NCBI GenBank assembly: GCA_046760505.1
Contig: JBHIEG010000005.1
Coordinates: forward strand, 21,868-85,867
Direction of reading: 5' to 3'
Source of the DNA: Candidatus Hydrothermarchaeota archaeon
Lineage (GTDB): Archaea; CAYFZR01
Length of the DNA: 64,000 nucleotides
Part shown: one piece after another, positions 19,335-30,330 of the stretch
Position numbering within the stretch: position 1 is the stretch's first letter
Layout: every line of letters begins with the position of its first letter
Translations under genes and position numbers: made by a program
Notes under the pieces: model-generated
Told to the model about the DNA's origin: nothing
Database searches by the model: none
What the model saw: the letters and a program-made list of their open reading frames with translations, nothing else

Positions 19335-20690
19335 GTGGGGTTATTTGGCACATCAGGAATAAGGGCTGTCGTCCAAGAAGAACTTACATCCGAGATAGCA
19401 CATCTTGCAGGTCTTTCTCTCGGCACTTATTTGAACAATCAGGGCATGGTTCTGGTTGGGAGAGATCCCCGAACTTCTGGAGAGATGATCGAGCACGCGG
19501 TAATATCAGGGCTTCTCTCCTCAGGCTGCGAGGTTCTAAAACTTGGAATAGTGCCCACGCCTACGATTGCTCTTGCGACTAAGTACTATAATGGAGATGC
19601 GGGCGTTTCCATTACAGCGTCTCATAACCCGCCTGAATACAACGGAATAAAGTTCTGGCAACCGAACGGCATGGCGTATACTCCACACATGGAAGAGAAG
19701 ATTGAAAACATTATAAAACACAGATCTTTCAAAAGAGTTGACTGGTCTCGAATAAAAGGCGTTTCCTCCCTCCATGGTGTCAGTGACGTTCATATTAACG
19801 CCATTATAAAGTCTGTAAGCATAGACAATCCTTTAAGAGTCGTCATTGATTGCGCGAATGGAGCATCTTCAAGTATAACTCCATACGTGCTTAGAAAATT
19901 GGGATGCGATGTAATCACATTGAACTCCCAGTTGGATGGTCATTTTCCAGGCAGACATCCTGAACCATGTTCAGATACCCTGAATGACCTTTGTAAGGTG
20001 GTGAAGTCTATAGGCGCTGATGTCGGTATTGCCCATGATGGAGACGGCGATAGAACGGTAGTTGTAGATGAAAGAGGATCTTTGGTAGATTTTGATAAGT
20101 TTCTGGCACTTGTAGCAGGTGAAATGACCGTTAAGAACTCTATTGTAGTTACAAACATCGATACTTCAATATGCGTTGACGAATATGTTGCTAAAAAAGG
20201 AGGAAATGTTATAAGAACTAAGGTAGGCGACGTTCATATAGCAGAGGCTATAATAAACCATGGCGCAGTATTTGGAGGGGAACCAAGCGGTTCTTTAATA
20301 TTTCCGGATGTGCACCTATGTCCTGATGGCCCTCTTGCTGGGGCAAAGATTGTTGAGATAATAGATAAGTCTGGGGAAAGTCTAAGCGAGCTCGTCGAGA
20401 GAATTCCCAGTTATCCCTTGGAGAGAGGCAAAGTAAAATGCAGAAATGACCTTAAATTAATTTTAATGAACCTTCTAAAGGAGGAATTACCGAAAAGATT
20501 AGAGGACATAGATCATGTGGATGAAATAGACGGTATTAGAATTGTACTGAAAGATAATTCTTGGATACTTGTCAGACCTTCTGGAACAGAGCCTTATATG
20601 AGGATAACCGTGGAAGCAAAGGAGGATCCAAGTTGTCTGTATGAAACTACCTTCGAAACCCTTAAGGAGCTCTTGGAGAAAATAGGATGA
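19335..20690 (+). CDS. glmM: phosphoglucosamine mutase / phosphohexomutase
   Basis: LFGTSGIR, TASHNP, DGDGDR, GEPSG, RPSGTEP. Confidence 0.9.
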   Translation: MGLFGTSGIRAVVQEELTSEIAHLAGLSLGTYLNNQGMVLVGRDPRTSGEMIEHAVISGLLSSGCEVLKLGIVPTPTIALATKYYNGDAGVSITASHNPPEYNGIKFWQPNGMAYTPHMEEKIENIIKHRSFKRVDWSRIKGVSSLHGVSDVHINAIIKSVSIDNPLRVVIDCANGASSSITPYVLRKLGCDVITLNSQLDGHFPGRHPEPCSDTLNDLCKVVKSIGADVGIAHDGDGDRTVVVDERGSLVDFDKFLALVAGEMTVKNSIVVTNIDTSICVDEYVAKKGGNVIRTKVGDVHIAEAIINHGAVFGGEPSGSLIFPDVHLCPDGPLAGAKIVEIIDKSGESLSELVERIPSYPLERGKVKCRNDLKLILMNLLKEELPKRLEDIDHVDEIDGIRIVLKDNSWILVRPSGTEPYMRITVEAKEDPSCLYETTFETLKELLEKIG

Positions 20691-21934
20691 AGGTTGTCAT
20701 ACTTGCTGCAGGAGAAGGGACAAGACTTAGGCCTCTCACACTCACCTCCCCTAAGGTATTGCTTCCCCTAGCAAATAAGCCCCTATTAAAACATGTAATA
20801 GAGAGAACTAAAGAAAGAGAGATAATTTTGGTCGTCAACTACATGAAGGACAAAATAAAAGAGTTCTTTGAGAATAATGATTATGAAATCGTTTTTATAG
20901 AGCAAGGAGATACGTTAGGCACGGCTCATGCTATATCTTGCGTTGAAAAATTTATCGATGAGGACTTCATAGCGATAAACGGAGATATAGTTTACGATCA
21001 AAGTCTAAAAGATGATATAGTATCATTTCACTTTAAAAACAACTCAAAAGCAACTTTAGCCGTAAAAAAAATTAGAAACTGCTCTAATTATGGTGTAATC
21101 AAGTTAGAGGGTTATAAGGTAAAAAATGTAGTCGAAAAACCTGAGAAAACTGAGAATATGGAGTACGTGAATCTTGGGTTCTATGTGTTCGATCCAATAA
21201 TATTTGATTACATAAAAAAGACAAAAACGTCGAAAAGAGGAGAATACGAGATAACGGACTCGATCCAACTTATGTTGAGTGAAGAAGACGTATTTGCCTT
21301 CCCGTATGAAGGAACTTGGATAGACATCGGTAGACCATGGGACCTGCTGACTGCGAATCAGTATTTCCTTTCCGATTTAAAAAGAGAGTTGGGTGGCGAG
21401 TGTGAAAATAACGCAAAAATAATAGGAAACGTGAAGATTGGAAAGGGAACCAAGGTAAGGAGCGGATCCTACATCGAGGGTCCTGCTATAATAGGAAACC
21501 ACTGTGACATCGGACCTAACTGTTACATAAGAAAAGGTACTTCCATTGGTGATTATGTAAGGATAGGGAACGCAGTCGAGATAAAAAATTCCATTATAAT
21601 GGAAGGAACCCGAATAGGTCATCTCACATACGTCGGAGACAGTATTGTTGGAAGGGAATGCAATTTTGGTGCTGGAACACTGGTCGGAAATCTTCGCTTA
21701 GATGAAAAGAACGTCTTTGTAACCATAAAGGGTGAGAAGGTAGACAGCGGAAGGAGAAAGTTGGGAGCAATAATAGGAGATAGAGTGAAGACAGGTTTGA
21801 ACGTCACAATTAATCCTGGCGTTACCATAGGTCACAACTCCTTCATTTATCCAGGAGTTAACCTGATGGAAGATTTGCCGCCTAATTCTATAATATATGC
21901 GGAGCAAAAGATAGTTAAGAAAAGGAAAAAATAG
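20687..21934 (+). CDS. glmU: bifunctional sugar-1-phosphate nucleotidylyltransferase/acetyltransferase (archaeal GlmU)
   Basis: LAAGEGTRLRPLT, GEYEITD, hexapeptide repeats, HLTYVGDS, RRKLGA. Confidence 0.9.
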   Translation: MKVVILAAGEGTRLRPLTLTSPKVLLPLANKPLLKHVIERTKEREIILVVNYMKDKIKEFFENNDYEIVFIEQGDTLGTAHAISCVEKFIDEDFIAINGDIVYDQSLKDDIVSFHFKNNSKATLAVKKIRNCSNYGVIKLEGYKVKNVVEKPEKTENMEYVNLGFYVFDPIIFDYIKKTKTSKRGEYEITDSIQLMLSEEDVFAFPYEGTWIDIGRPWDLLTANQYFLSDLKRELGGECENNAKIIGNVKIGKGTKVRSGSYIEGPAIIGNHCDIGPNCYIRKGTSIGDYVRIGNAVEIKNSIIMEGTRIGHLTYVGDSIVGRECNFGAGTLVGNLRLDEKNVFVTIKGEKVDSGRRKLGAIIGDRVKTGLNVTINPGVTIGHNSFIYPGVNLMEDLPPNSIIYAEQKIVKKRKK

Positions 21935-21949
21935 TTTGGAGATGTTTAA

Positions 21950-23128
21950 GTGCGAATCGGAATTGTTGGGAAGCCAAACGTAGGGAAGACTACATTCTTC
22001 AACGCAATAACTCTAGCTCATGCAGAAGTAGGGGAGTATCCTTTCACAACTATTAAACCTAACAGGGGTATCACATCTGTCAGAGTGAACTGCGTATGCA
22101 AGGAGTTCAATGTTGAATGCAATCCGAGATTTGGCTCATGTGAGGATGGCATAAGGTTGGTTCCAACAACAATCATAGATGTCGCGGGATTGGTGCCAGA
22201 TGCCCATAAAGGTAAAGGCCTAGGAAACCAGTTCTTAAATGATTTGAGTAGAGCAAAGGCATTGATTCATGTAGTTGACATATCAGGCTCAACAGATTCG
22301 GAAGGAAATCCTTGTGAGGCAGGGAGAAACGATCCCCTTTCGGATATTACATTCCTTGAAAAAGAGATAGACATGTGGTTTCTATCAATACTGGAAAAAG
22401 AGTGGAAAAAAATCCTGAGGAGATCTAAACTAAAAAAGGAAAAAATAGAAGATTTAATTCACGAAAAGATGTCTGGTGTGGGAGTAACAAGGGAAAACGT
22501 AATGGATGCAATGAAAAATATGGAAGATGATTGTGAGTCATGGGATTCTGATAAATTGTTTGAATTCGTTTCTAATCTAAGAAAATTATCAATGCCCATC
22601 GTAATCTCAGCAAATAAGATCGACTTACCGCATGGAGAGGAAAATTTCAAGAAGATTGAAAAGAAAGGGATAAAACTAATTCCAACCTGTGCTGAGGCTG
22701 AACTTGCACTGAGAAGAGCTAGCGAACAAAAATTAATCAAATATTCGCCGGGTGATAACCACTTTGAAATAATAGGCGACCTAGAGGAAAAACAAAGAGC
22801 AGCACTGAAGTTCATCGAGAAGTTGATCAGAAAGTGGAACGGCACAGGAGTGCAGCAATGCATTGATTATGTGGTCAAGGACGTGCTTTCATTTATCCCT
22901 GTATTTCCGGTTGAAGACGAAAACAAACTCACTGATAAGGATGGTAACGTGCTTCCAGATGTTTTTTTGATGCCAAAAGGCTCAAGGGCAATAGATCTGG
23001 CATACAACATACACACAGAAATCGGAGAAGGATTTATATGCGGGATCGATGTTAGAACAAAGAAGAGGGTAGGTAAGGACTACCAATTAAAGGAAGGGGA
23101 CGTAATCAAAATAATAACTGAGAAATAA
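21950..23128 (+). CDS. ychF: YchF/Ola1-family translation-associated NTPase
   Basis: GKPNVGKTT, YPFTT, DVAGLV, GLGNQFL, NKID, C-terminal TGS domain. Confidence 0.92.
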   Translation: MRIGIVGKPNVGKTTFFNAITLAHAEVGEYPFTTIKPNRGITSVRVNCVCKEFNVECNPRFGSCEDGIRLVPTTIIDVAGLVPDAHKGKGLGNQFLNDLSRAKALIHVVDISGSTDSEGNPCEAGRNDPLSDITFLEKEIDMWFLSILEKEWKKILRRSKLKKEKIEDLIHEKMSGVGVTRENVMDAMKNMEDDCESWDSDKLFEFVSNLRKLSMPIVISANKIDLPHGEENFKKIEKKGIKLIPTCAEAELALRRASEQKLIKYSPGDNHFEIIGDLEEKQRAALKFIEKLIRKWNGTGVQQCIDYVVKDVLSFIPVFPVEDENKLTDKDGNVLPDVFLMPKGSRAIDLAYNIHTEIGEGFICGIDVRTKKRVGKDYQLKEGDVIKIITEK

Positions 23129-23239
23129 AAGCTTCGGAAAAATTTAAAGTTATGACAAGTCTTAAATAAGAAAATATTCCTACTGATGAAACATTTAAAT
23201 ATAAAATCAGATCTGCCTAACCTGAAGAGGGTGAAAAAC

Positions 23240-24820
23240 TTGAGGGTTCTTATCACGGACCCGATTGACGAAGAAGGGATAGCACTAATTAAGAAGGTAG
23301 GAGAGGTAGAGTACTTGCCGAACATTCCTAGATCCGATCTGATTGAAAAAATAAAGGATTACGATATACTAGTTGTAAGAAGCGGAACAAACGTCGACGA
23401 AGAAGTTATAAATAGTGGTACAAGGCTCAAGATGATTGCCCGAGTTGGAGTTGGAGTAGACAACGTAGATGTCGATGCAGCCACCAGAAGGGGTATAGTG
23501 GTAATAAATTCACCAGATGCAAGTTCTATCTCGGTGGCTGAACACTCTTTTGGTCTTATGCTTGCTCTTGCGAGAAAGATTGTCCAATCAAATATTTCTC
23601 TCAAGGAAGGGAAATGGGACAGAAAAAAATTCATGGGTACCGAATTACACGGCAAAACCTTGGGCATAATAGGATTAGGAAGAATTGGCTCTCAGGTTGC
23701 AATTCGGGCTAAAGCCTTTGGTATGAAGGTAATTGCCTATGATCCTTACATATCCGAGGCTGCCATAAAAGAGATGGATGTAAAACTGGTGGATCTTGAG
23801 ACACTCCTCAAAACATCTGATGTGATATCCATCCATGTGCCGTTAACAAATAGTACAAGGGATATGATAGACGAAAAAGAATTGAAAATGATGAAGAACA
23901 CTGCTTTATTGATTAACTGTGCAAGAGGAGGAATAGTGAATGAAAAAGCCCTTTACAAAGCGTTGAAAGAAGGTTGGATTGCAGGGGCTGCACTGGATGT
24001 GTTTTCCACAGAGCCTCCAAGGGACAATCCTTTATTGACCTTAGAAAACTTAATTTCAACCCCTCACTTGGGCGCTTCTACGGAGGAAGCGCAAAAAAGC
24101 GCTGCTGTGGAGATAGGTAACGAAATAATTAATTTCACCAATAACAAGCCACTGCACAATGTCGTAAATATGCCGGTTATGGATCCAGAAACCTTAAAGA
24201 GATTAGAACCGTATATTCCACTCTCAGAGAAACTAGGGAGGCTTGCGATACAGTTAATTAAGGGCAGATTGGTTGAGGTAAACGCTACTTATTGTGGTGA
24301 ACTCTCTAAAATCGACCAACTGGCTCTACTAACTTCCTCATGCTTGAAGGGAATCTTGAATCAGATAATTATGGAGCCGGTGAACGTGATAAATGCACCA
24401 GTTATTTCGAAAAAGAGAGGTATTAAAGTAGTAGAAGGAAAAACTGAGGTAGCAAACGGTTTCAAAGCTCTTATCAGGCTGAATTTGAGAACAGAAGAGG
24501 GCAATTCCATAGAAGTGGCAGGTACCCGCGATATCAGAGGGATGGAAAAACTTCTTGAAATAGACGGTTACAGCATGGATATTCCTCTGGAAGGAATACT
24601 TTTATTTGTGAAAATAGAAGATCGTCCTGGAATGATAGGAAGAGTAGGAACGATACTTGGATCTCATGCAATCAACATTGCAGCAATGCAGGTGGGGAGA
24701 AAAGAAAAAGGTGGAATCATGCTTATGGCTAATGTATTAGATCATGACGTAACAAAGGAAGTGTTGGCGGTCTTGGAGAGCGCAGACGGTATAATAGAAG
24801 CCACTCCAGCAAGGATATGA
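23240..24820 (+). CDS. serA: D-3-phosphoglycerate dehydrogenase
   Basis: RVGVGVDNVD, GLGRIG, NCARGG, TPHLGASTEEAQ, C-terminal ACT; TTG start after GGTGA. Confidence 0.95.
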   Translation: MRVLITDPIDEEGIALIKKVGEVEYLPNIPRSDLIEKIKDYDILVVRSGTNVDEEVINSGTRLKMIARVGVGVDNVDVDAATRRGIVVINSPDASSISVAEHSFGLMLALARKIVQSNISLKEGKWDRKKFMGTELHGKTLGIIGLGRIGSQVAIRAKAFGMKVIAYDPYISEAAIKEMDVKLVDLETLLKTSDVISIHVPLTNSTRDMIDEKELKMMKNTALLINCARGGIVNEKALYKALKEGWIAGAALDVFSTEPPRDNPLLTLENLISTPHLGASTEEAQKSAAVEIGNEIINFTNNKPLHNVVNMPVMDPETLKRLEPYIPLSEKLGRLAIQLIKGRLVEVNATYCGELSKIDQLALLTSSCLKGILNQIIMEPVNVINAPVISKKRGIKVVEGKTEVANGFKALIRLNLRTEEGNSIEVAGTRDIRGMEKLLEIDGYSMDIPLEGILLFVKIEDRPGMIGRVGTILGSHAINIAAMQVGRKEKGGIMLMANVLDHDVTKEVLAVLESADGIIEATPARI

Positions 24821-24829
24821 GGTTTTTTC

Positions 24830-25414
24830 ATGTCATACTATAAATATCTAGCAGAAGCTTGGAAATCGCCCGAAAAAAGTTATATTGGAGAATTGTTAAA
24901 GAAAAGAATGATCTCCTGGAGAAAAGGGCCTAGTGTGGTAAGGGTAGAAAGACCTCTCAGGATTGATCGTGCAAGGAGTTTAGGATACAAGGCGAAACAA
25001 GGCTTTGTTGTATGTAGAATTCGCATAAGAAGAGGTGGAATGAGGAAATCTAGGCCTAGGGGTGGAAGAAGGCCTAAGAGGATGGGAGTCAGGAAACTAT
25101 CTCCCAAGAAAAGTTTGCAGTGGATCGCGGAAGAGAGAGCAGCAAGAAGATTCCCAAATCTTGAAGTTCTAAACTCTTATTGGATAGGCGAGGATGGAAA
25201 ATACAAATACTTCGAAATTATTCTGGTTGATCCAAATCATCCTGTTATAAAGAGTGACCCAAAGATAAATTGGATTACAGAATCTGTGCATAGGGGTAGA
25301 GTCTTTCGAGGGCTTACCAGTGCGGGAAGAAAATCGAGAGGCCTTAGAAATAAGGGTCGCGGATCTGAAAAAGTAAGGCCCAGTGTAAGAAAATATAGGA
25401 GTAGAGGTAAATAA
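24830..25414 (+). CDS. rpl15e: 50S ribosomal protein L15e
   Basis: [27 protein letters not shown]. Confidence 0.98.
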   Translation: MSYYKYLAEAWKSPEKSYIGELLKKRMISWRKGPSVVRVERPLRIDRARSLGYKAKQGFVVCRIRIRRGGMRKSRPRGGRRPKRMGVRKLSPKKSLQWIAEERAARRFPNLEVLNSYWIGEDGKYKYFEIILVDPNHPVIKSDPKINWITESVHRGRVFRGLTSAGRKSRGLRNKGRGSEKVRPSVRKYRSRGK

Positions 25415-26580
25415 TGAGTAGCAGGTTTGATGCAAAGAGGAGAAGAACGGTAAGAAAGAAGAAAAGTAACGCTCCCTTGATTGCAATCGCAGCAGTAATC
25501 ATAATCGCTGCAGGTGCCTTCTCCTATCTGTATTTACTCAAACCTAAACCCCCGGAGAAGATAACCCCAACTGCTCCAGAAGAAAAAGTTCCAGAAGAAA
25601 AGGAAGTAATTCCAGAAAAAGAAGTTCCAGAAGAAAAAGTTCCGGAAGAAAAGCCACCTGAGACAAAACCTCCAGAAGAAGTACCAAAGGTTACAGAAAA
25701 TGTGACAAAACCTGCAATTACATTTGTAAAAAAAATTGTGCTCATCCTTCCAAAGTACAATTTGCCTAGCGGCTTGGAGTTTTCAAAGGAAATAGGTCCA
25801 ACGTTTCCTTTGGCAAACACAAAGCACACTACCGGAGTATATACTTTAAACGGCAATCCAGTTCTTTTCGTCCATATTATTGAAGGACCTGACAATGCTA
25901 GCGTAAAAACCGTTATGAACCCAATTTTACAGGACATGGGTATATCAGGAACAGGGAGAGAAGAAAAAATAGAAGGATACAAGGTAACTTTCTATGAGGA
26001 GGTAGCAGGAAAGCCAGAGATTGTTTATGTTTCCTACTTAAATCAAGCAGGGGTTATAACGACCGGTTCAGGCGCAGTAACCAAAGATTTACTTAGAGAA
26101 GTTACTTCAAGAGTATTAAAGGGTGAGATAGGCGCTAGGGAGATAGTACGCGTAATTACCCTGCCTGAACCCCCGAGGGATGATCTTCCAGAGGGTGTAG
26201 CATGGGGCAGACATCCTAGAAATCCAATCATTACTGAGAAAAGAGATGCTGAAGGTAACCTCTATCTAAAAGCATACACTGGAATATATTCAGCAAACGG
26301 AAAGGGACTTTACGTGCATATAGTAAGAGGAAAAACTCTTGAAGATACCCAGAAAGAGATTGAGAGCAGATTGAGAGGAATGGGTGCTTACCAAGCATCT
26401 AAAAGTACTGAGACAATAAACTGGATACCAGTCACAAAGTACACAAATGCCCAAGGAGAGTACAATGTTTTTGGCTATATCTATACTTGGTACAAAGGCG
26501 ATACCGGTTTTATCGTTGATGCAGTTGAAGGAGTGAGTGAAGATACAGTAGTAAGCATGGTTAAGAGGGTAATGGAGTAG
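25414..26580 (+). CDS. membrane-anchored protein with Pro/Glu/Lys linker and two duplicated domains
   Basis: Basic N-terminus, one TM helix, PEEKV repeats, two alignable ~130-aa domains. Confidence 0.8.
   Translation: MSSRFDAKRRRTVRKKKSNAPLIAIAAVIIIAAGAFSYLYLLKPKPPEKITPTAPEEKVPEEKEVIPEKEVPEEKVPEEKPPETKPPEEVPKVTENVTKPAITFVKKIVLILPKYNLPSGLEFSKEIGPTFPLANTKHTTGVYTLNGNPVLFVHIIEGPDNASVKTVMNPILQDMGISGTGREEKIEGYKVTFYEEVAGKPEIVYVSYLNQAGVITTGSGAVTKDLLREVTSRVLKGEIGAREIVRVITLPEPPRDDLPEGVAWGRHPRNPIITEKRDAEGNLYLKAYTGIYSANGKGLYVHIVRGKTLEDTQKEIESRLRGMGAYQASKSTETINWIPVTKYTNAQGEYNVFGYIYTWYKGDTGFIVDAVEGVSEDTVVSMVKRVME
25576..25686 (+). repeat. imperfect 15-nt coding tandem repeat (CCAGAAGAAAAAGTT; PEEKV)
   Basis: About seven degenerate units visible. 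Confidence 0.8.
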
Positions 26581-26594
26581 TTCGGAGCATTACC

Positions 26595-27002
26595 ATGCCT
26601 GTTCGCAAAATAGTAGGTAGAATCTCCTGTCATGCAACAGAAGACGAAAGAAGGATAAAAGATTCAATTCGATTTCTCCTTACCGAAAAAGCCAAGGTTA
26701 AAGAATTTACACTCCTTGGCCATCATGGAAATCCTATAAAGGTATTTGAGGCAAGCTTGTCCGATGAAGAAACCATCAAATCAGTGATTTCTAGGCTGAA
26801 AGATGGTTTAAGGGAGGACATACACACACTGAGAGACAGTTTTTCTGAAAGAATTGAAAATAATGTATATTTTTTAAGACTTGATAAGCAGGAACTCGTT
26901 AAGGGAGGTTATAAGCTAGCAAATGATGGAGAATCCATCCAGTTGAAGATCTTTATAAAGTCCAAAGAAAGATTTTCAACCGAAATGTTTGGTGGGATTT
27001 GA
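26595..27002 (+). CDS. DUF54/COG1325-like RNA-binding protein
   Basis: CHATED, GHHGNPI, FLRLDKQ; conserved position before rnp3. Confidence 0.88.
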   Translation: MPVRKIVGRISCHATEDERRIKDSIRFLLTEKAKVKEFTLLGHHGNPIKVFEASLSDEETIKSVISRLKDGLREDIHTLRDSFSERIENNVYFLRLDKQELVKGGYKLANDGESIQLKIFIKSKERFSTEMFGGI

Positions 27003-27673
27003 TGTACGATCTCCACGTTCATAGTTCACTCTCCACTGGATCTACTTCTCCAGTCAAATTAGCCGTGGATGCTAAAAAACTTGGACTAAATGGGATATCT
27101 CTAACCGACCTGAGCGATCGCATGGAGTGGAAGACACTTGAAAACAATAGAAAAGCTATCTATGAGGAGTTAGATGATTTTAAAATTTTATTAGGGGCGG
27201 AAATTAAAGGTACATCTACATACGAGCTGAAAAAGCAAATAAAAAAATTTAGAAAAAAATGTGATTTAATACTCGTTCACGGAGGAGATTTGAAGATAAA
27301 TAGATGGGCTGTAAAAGAGAAAGAAGTTGATATTCTTGCACATCCAGAACTGTACAGACAGGATAGCGGTCTCGACCATGGTATGGTTAGGTTAGCTGAG
27401 AAAAATGACGTGGCGATTGAACTGAATTTTCGTAATTTATTGTCTACATCCCACTCCTCTAGAGCCAGATTGATAGAGAAGATGAGGAAGAACCTGAGAT
27501 TGTGCCTGAAGTACAACGCAAGGGTCATTGTAACAAGCGGAGCGCACTCCACATATGATTTAAGAGGTCCGTATGATTTCCGCGCCTTTTTGCATATTTT
27601 AGGCGCCAAGGAAGATGAAAGTAAAAGGATAATAGAAGAAACAGAAAATATCGTAACAAAATGGGGACTCTAA
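26999..27673 (+). CDS. rnp3: RNase P protein component 3 (Rpp30)
   Basis: PHP-like YDLHVH, VHGGDLKINR, VAIELNF, SGA...LRGP. Confidence 0.92.
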   Translation: MMYDLHVHSSLSTGSTSPVKLAVDAKKLGLNGISLTDLSDRMEWKTLENNRKAIYEELDDFKILLGAEIKGTSTYELKKQIKKFRKKCDLILVHGGDLKINRWAVKEKEVDILAHPELYRQDSGLDHGMVRLAEKNDVAIELNFRNLLSTSHSSRARLIEKMRKNLRLCLKYNARVIVTSGAHSTYDLRGPYDFRAFLHILGAKEDESKRIIEETENIVTKWGL

Positions 27674-28054
27674 TTGAAGAAAGATAAGCCAAAAAGACCT
27701 AAGCCAAGCCAAAGGAGGAAAAAAAGATATATATGCTTCAGGATAGACTATGAAAACCACCCTATAAAAAGAAAAGACCTAATTAGCCTAATATGGAACT
27801 CTGTACTGCAAACTATTGGCGAGTTAGGAATGGGTGAATCGGAATTAAAGTTAATTTCGTTCGATGAGGAAAAACAGGAGGGAATATTGAGGTGTAATCA
27901 TTACATGGTTGATCACGTAAGATTCTCATTATCTCTGATTTCTAAAATTAATGATGGTAGGGTTGCCATAAACGTTTTAGGTATCAGCGGTACAATAAGA
28001 TCAGCAAGGGAAAAGTTTTTAGGAAAGGAAAGATCACCTATATCCCAAACCTAA
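27674..28054 (+). CDS. rnp2: RNase P protein component 2 (Pop5)
   Basis: KKRYICF, GILRC, LGISGTIR. Confidence 0.92.
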   Translation: MKKDKPKRPKPSQRRKKRYICFRIDYENHPIKRKDLISLIWNSVLQTIGELGMGESELKLISFDEEKQEGILRCNHYMVDHVRFSLSLISKINDGRVAINVLGISGTIRSAREKFLGKERSPISQT

Positions 28055-28181
28055 GTAAACAAAAAAAGGATAATGAGACAAACTCACACGTAAACAAAGT
28101 TATAGAATAAAGTACAGAATAGATGAATATAAAACATGATTTAACATAACGATTTTGACTTAAAATTGTGGAGGATAAACA

Positions 28182-28919
28182 ATGCAACCTATGACAATGG
28201 GTTATGACAGGGCTATTACTGTTTTTAGTCCTGATGGAAGATTGTTTCAAGTAGAATATGCAAGAGAGGCTGTAAAAAGGGGTACCACATCTATAGGAAT
28301 AAAATGTAAGGATGGAGTTGCACTTCTCGTGGGTAAGAGACTTACCAGCAGACTAATCGAACCAAAATCCATCGAAAAAATATTTCAAATAGACGAGCAC
28401 ATTGGTGCCTCTACATCAGGTCTCGTGGCTGACGCCAGGATTTTGATAGACAGAGCAAGAGTAGAGGCCCAAATAAATCGAATAACCTACAACGAACCTA
28501 TCAGTGTTGAGACGTTAACCAAAAAAATATGTGACCTCAAGCAACTGTACACCCAGCACGGCGGTGTTAGACCCTTTGGCACTGCATTACTAGTAGCAGG
28601 TACAGATGGAGATGGTGCCAGATTATTTGAAACAGATCCGAGTGGCGCTTTAATTGAGTACATGGCAACCGCTATAGGAGCAGGACGGCCTACCGTGCTA
28701 GAAACTTTCGAGGAAAAGTATACCCCTGATATCGACGTCAATAAGGGCATTGATCTAGCCCTGGAAGCACTTTACCATGTGACCGAGGGAAAATTGAATC
28801 AAAACAATTTAGAGATAGCCGTAATTTATGTGGATGAGAGAAAATTCACAAAATTCACACCAGAAGAAGTCTCAAAATATGTGGACACGGTTCTCAAGCG
28901 ATTACGAAAGGAAGAGTGA
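28182..28919 (+). CDS. psmA: proteasome subunit alpha
   Basis: [25 protein letters not shown]. Confidence 0.98.
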   Translation: MQPMTMGYDRAITVFSPDGRLFQVEYAREAVKRGTTSIGIKCKDGVALLVGKRLTSRLIEPKSIEKIFQIDEHIGASTSGLVADARILIDRARVEAQINRITYNEPISVETLTKKICDLKQLYTQHGGVRPFGTALLVAGTDGDGARLFETDPSGALIEYMATAIGAGRPTVLETFEEKYTPDIDVNKGIDLALEALYHVTEGKLNQNNLEIAVIYVDERKFTKFTPEEVSKYVDTVLKRLRKEE

Positions 28920-29632
28920 AAGTATTGGTTACCATAGACGAAGCAGTCATCGCTCGTCTTGAGACTCACGGGGAGAAATTTGAAGTTCTCGTAGACCCAG
29001 ATAAAGCGGCTGAGATTAAAAAAGGAAAGAAATACGAGCCTAACGAATTTTTAGCCGTGGAAACTATATTTAAAGATGCTAAAAAAGGTGATAAAGCATC
29101 TGAAGAGAAAATGAAACTTTTGTTCGGGACAACTGATCCCATAGCCATAGCAGAGATAATAATAAAGAAGGGAGAGATTCAGCTTACAACTGAGCAAAGG
29201 AGAAGGATTCAGGCAGAGAAAAGACAAAAGATAGTGTCAATAATTGCAAGAAATGCTATAAATCCTCAAACAAATACGCCACATCCACCAAAAAGGATTG
29301 AAAAGGCTTTAGAAGAAGCCAAGGTACACATAGATCCCTTTAAAGATGCGGAGGAACAAATACCTGCAATCTTGAAGGCATTGAGACCAATAATCCCATT
29401 GAGGTTCGAAGAGAGGACTGTTGCGGTAAAGATACCCTCTAAATACACCGGCTCAGCCTATGGAGTCGTCAAGGAATTCGGTAAGATCACCAAAGAAGAA
29501 TGGCTGAATGACGGCTCGTGGGTTTTTTTGATCAAAATACCAGCTGGCATTCAGGATGAATTCTATTCTAAATTAAATAAATTAACCAAGGGAGAAGCAC
29601 AAACAAAAATAATCGAGAAGGGATCAAAATGA
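28916..29632 (+). CDS. ribosome maturation factor SBDS/Sdo1
   Basis: [29 protein letters not shown]. Confidence 0.96.
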   Translation: MKVLVTIDEAVIARLETHGEKFEVLVDPDKAAEIKKGKKYEPNEFLAVETIFKDAKKGDKASEEKMKLLFGTTDPIAIAEIIIKKGEIQLTTEQRRRIQAEKRQKIVSIIARNAINPQTNTPHPPKRIEKALEEAKVHIDPFKDAEEQIPAILKALRPIIPLRFEERTVAVKIPSKYTGSAYGVVKEFGKITKEEWLNDGSWVFLIKIPAGIQDEFYSKLNKLTKGEAQTKIIEKGSK

Positions 29633-30330
29633 AAAAAACTTCACATCCAAGAAAAATTGTGGTTCCTGGAGATATCTTGGCGGAAAAATGGAAAAATCCT
29701 CCAATTTATGGCACGTATCTAGATGGCGATAAACTCTGTTCATCCGTGGTTGGCGTGGTAGAAGTAAAAAACGACAGGGTAAAGATAATTCCTCTACAGG
29801 GAAAATATATCCCAAGAGAAGGAGACAAGGTTATCGGCAAGATAATTGAAGTCCGTTTCTCAAATTGGCTTGTAGACGTAAATGCAGTCTATCCCGTAAC
29901 CATGCACGTGGCCGACGTTGTTTCTGGTAAGATAGATGTTCAAAACACAGATATTAGGAAGATCTATGATGTAGGAGATGTTGTTTATGGTGTGATAAGC
30001 AGGATAGATGAGCTAAGGAGAGTATCGATGTCTTGCAAGGGTAAGGGACTCGGCAAGATAAGAGGGGGAAGATTGCTGACCCTTACATACGCAAAGGTTC
30101 CTCGATTAATAGGAAGAGGCGGATCAATGATAAATCTGATTAGGGAAAAAATGAACCTGAGGTACATTATAGGACAGAATGGGATAATTTGGGTTGATGG
30201 ACCAGATAGAGACATCGAGTTAATGGCAAACATGATTAATATGATAGAGAAGGAATCGCATACCACTGGTCTTACAGACAGGGTCAGAGCGATGTTAGAG
30301 GAAAGCATGGAGAGTGATTCAAATGGATAA
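29629..30330 (+). CDS. rrp4: exosome RNA-binding subunit Rrp4
   Basis: [16 protein letters not shown] (S1), [13 protein letters not shown] (KH), GQNGIIW. Confidence 0.95.
   Translation: MKKTSHPRKIVVPGDILAEKWKNPPIYGTYLDGDKLCSSVVGVVEVKNDRVKIIPLQGKYIPREGDKVIGKIIEVRFSNWLVDVNAVYPVTMHVADVVSGKIDVQNTDIRKIYDVGDVVYGVISRIDELRRVSMSCKGKGLGKIRGGRLLTLTYAKVPRLIGRGGSMINLIREKMNLRYIIGQNGIIWVDGPDRDIELMANMINMIEKESHTTGLTDRVRAMLEESMESDSNG

Noticed and set aside
23184-23225. TGATGA...CTGA resembling a box C/D sRNA before serA
   Set aside because: No proper D'/C' boxes; the interior is a TATA-like promoter sequence
25576-25686. Tandem repeat as a CRISPR-like array
   Set aside because: In-frame coding repeat without spacers; no CRISPR array or cas gene in the window
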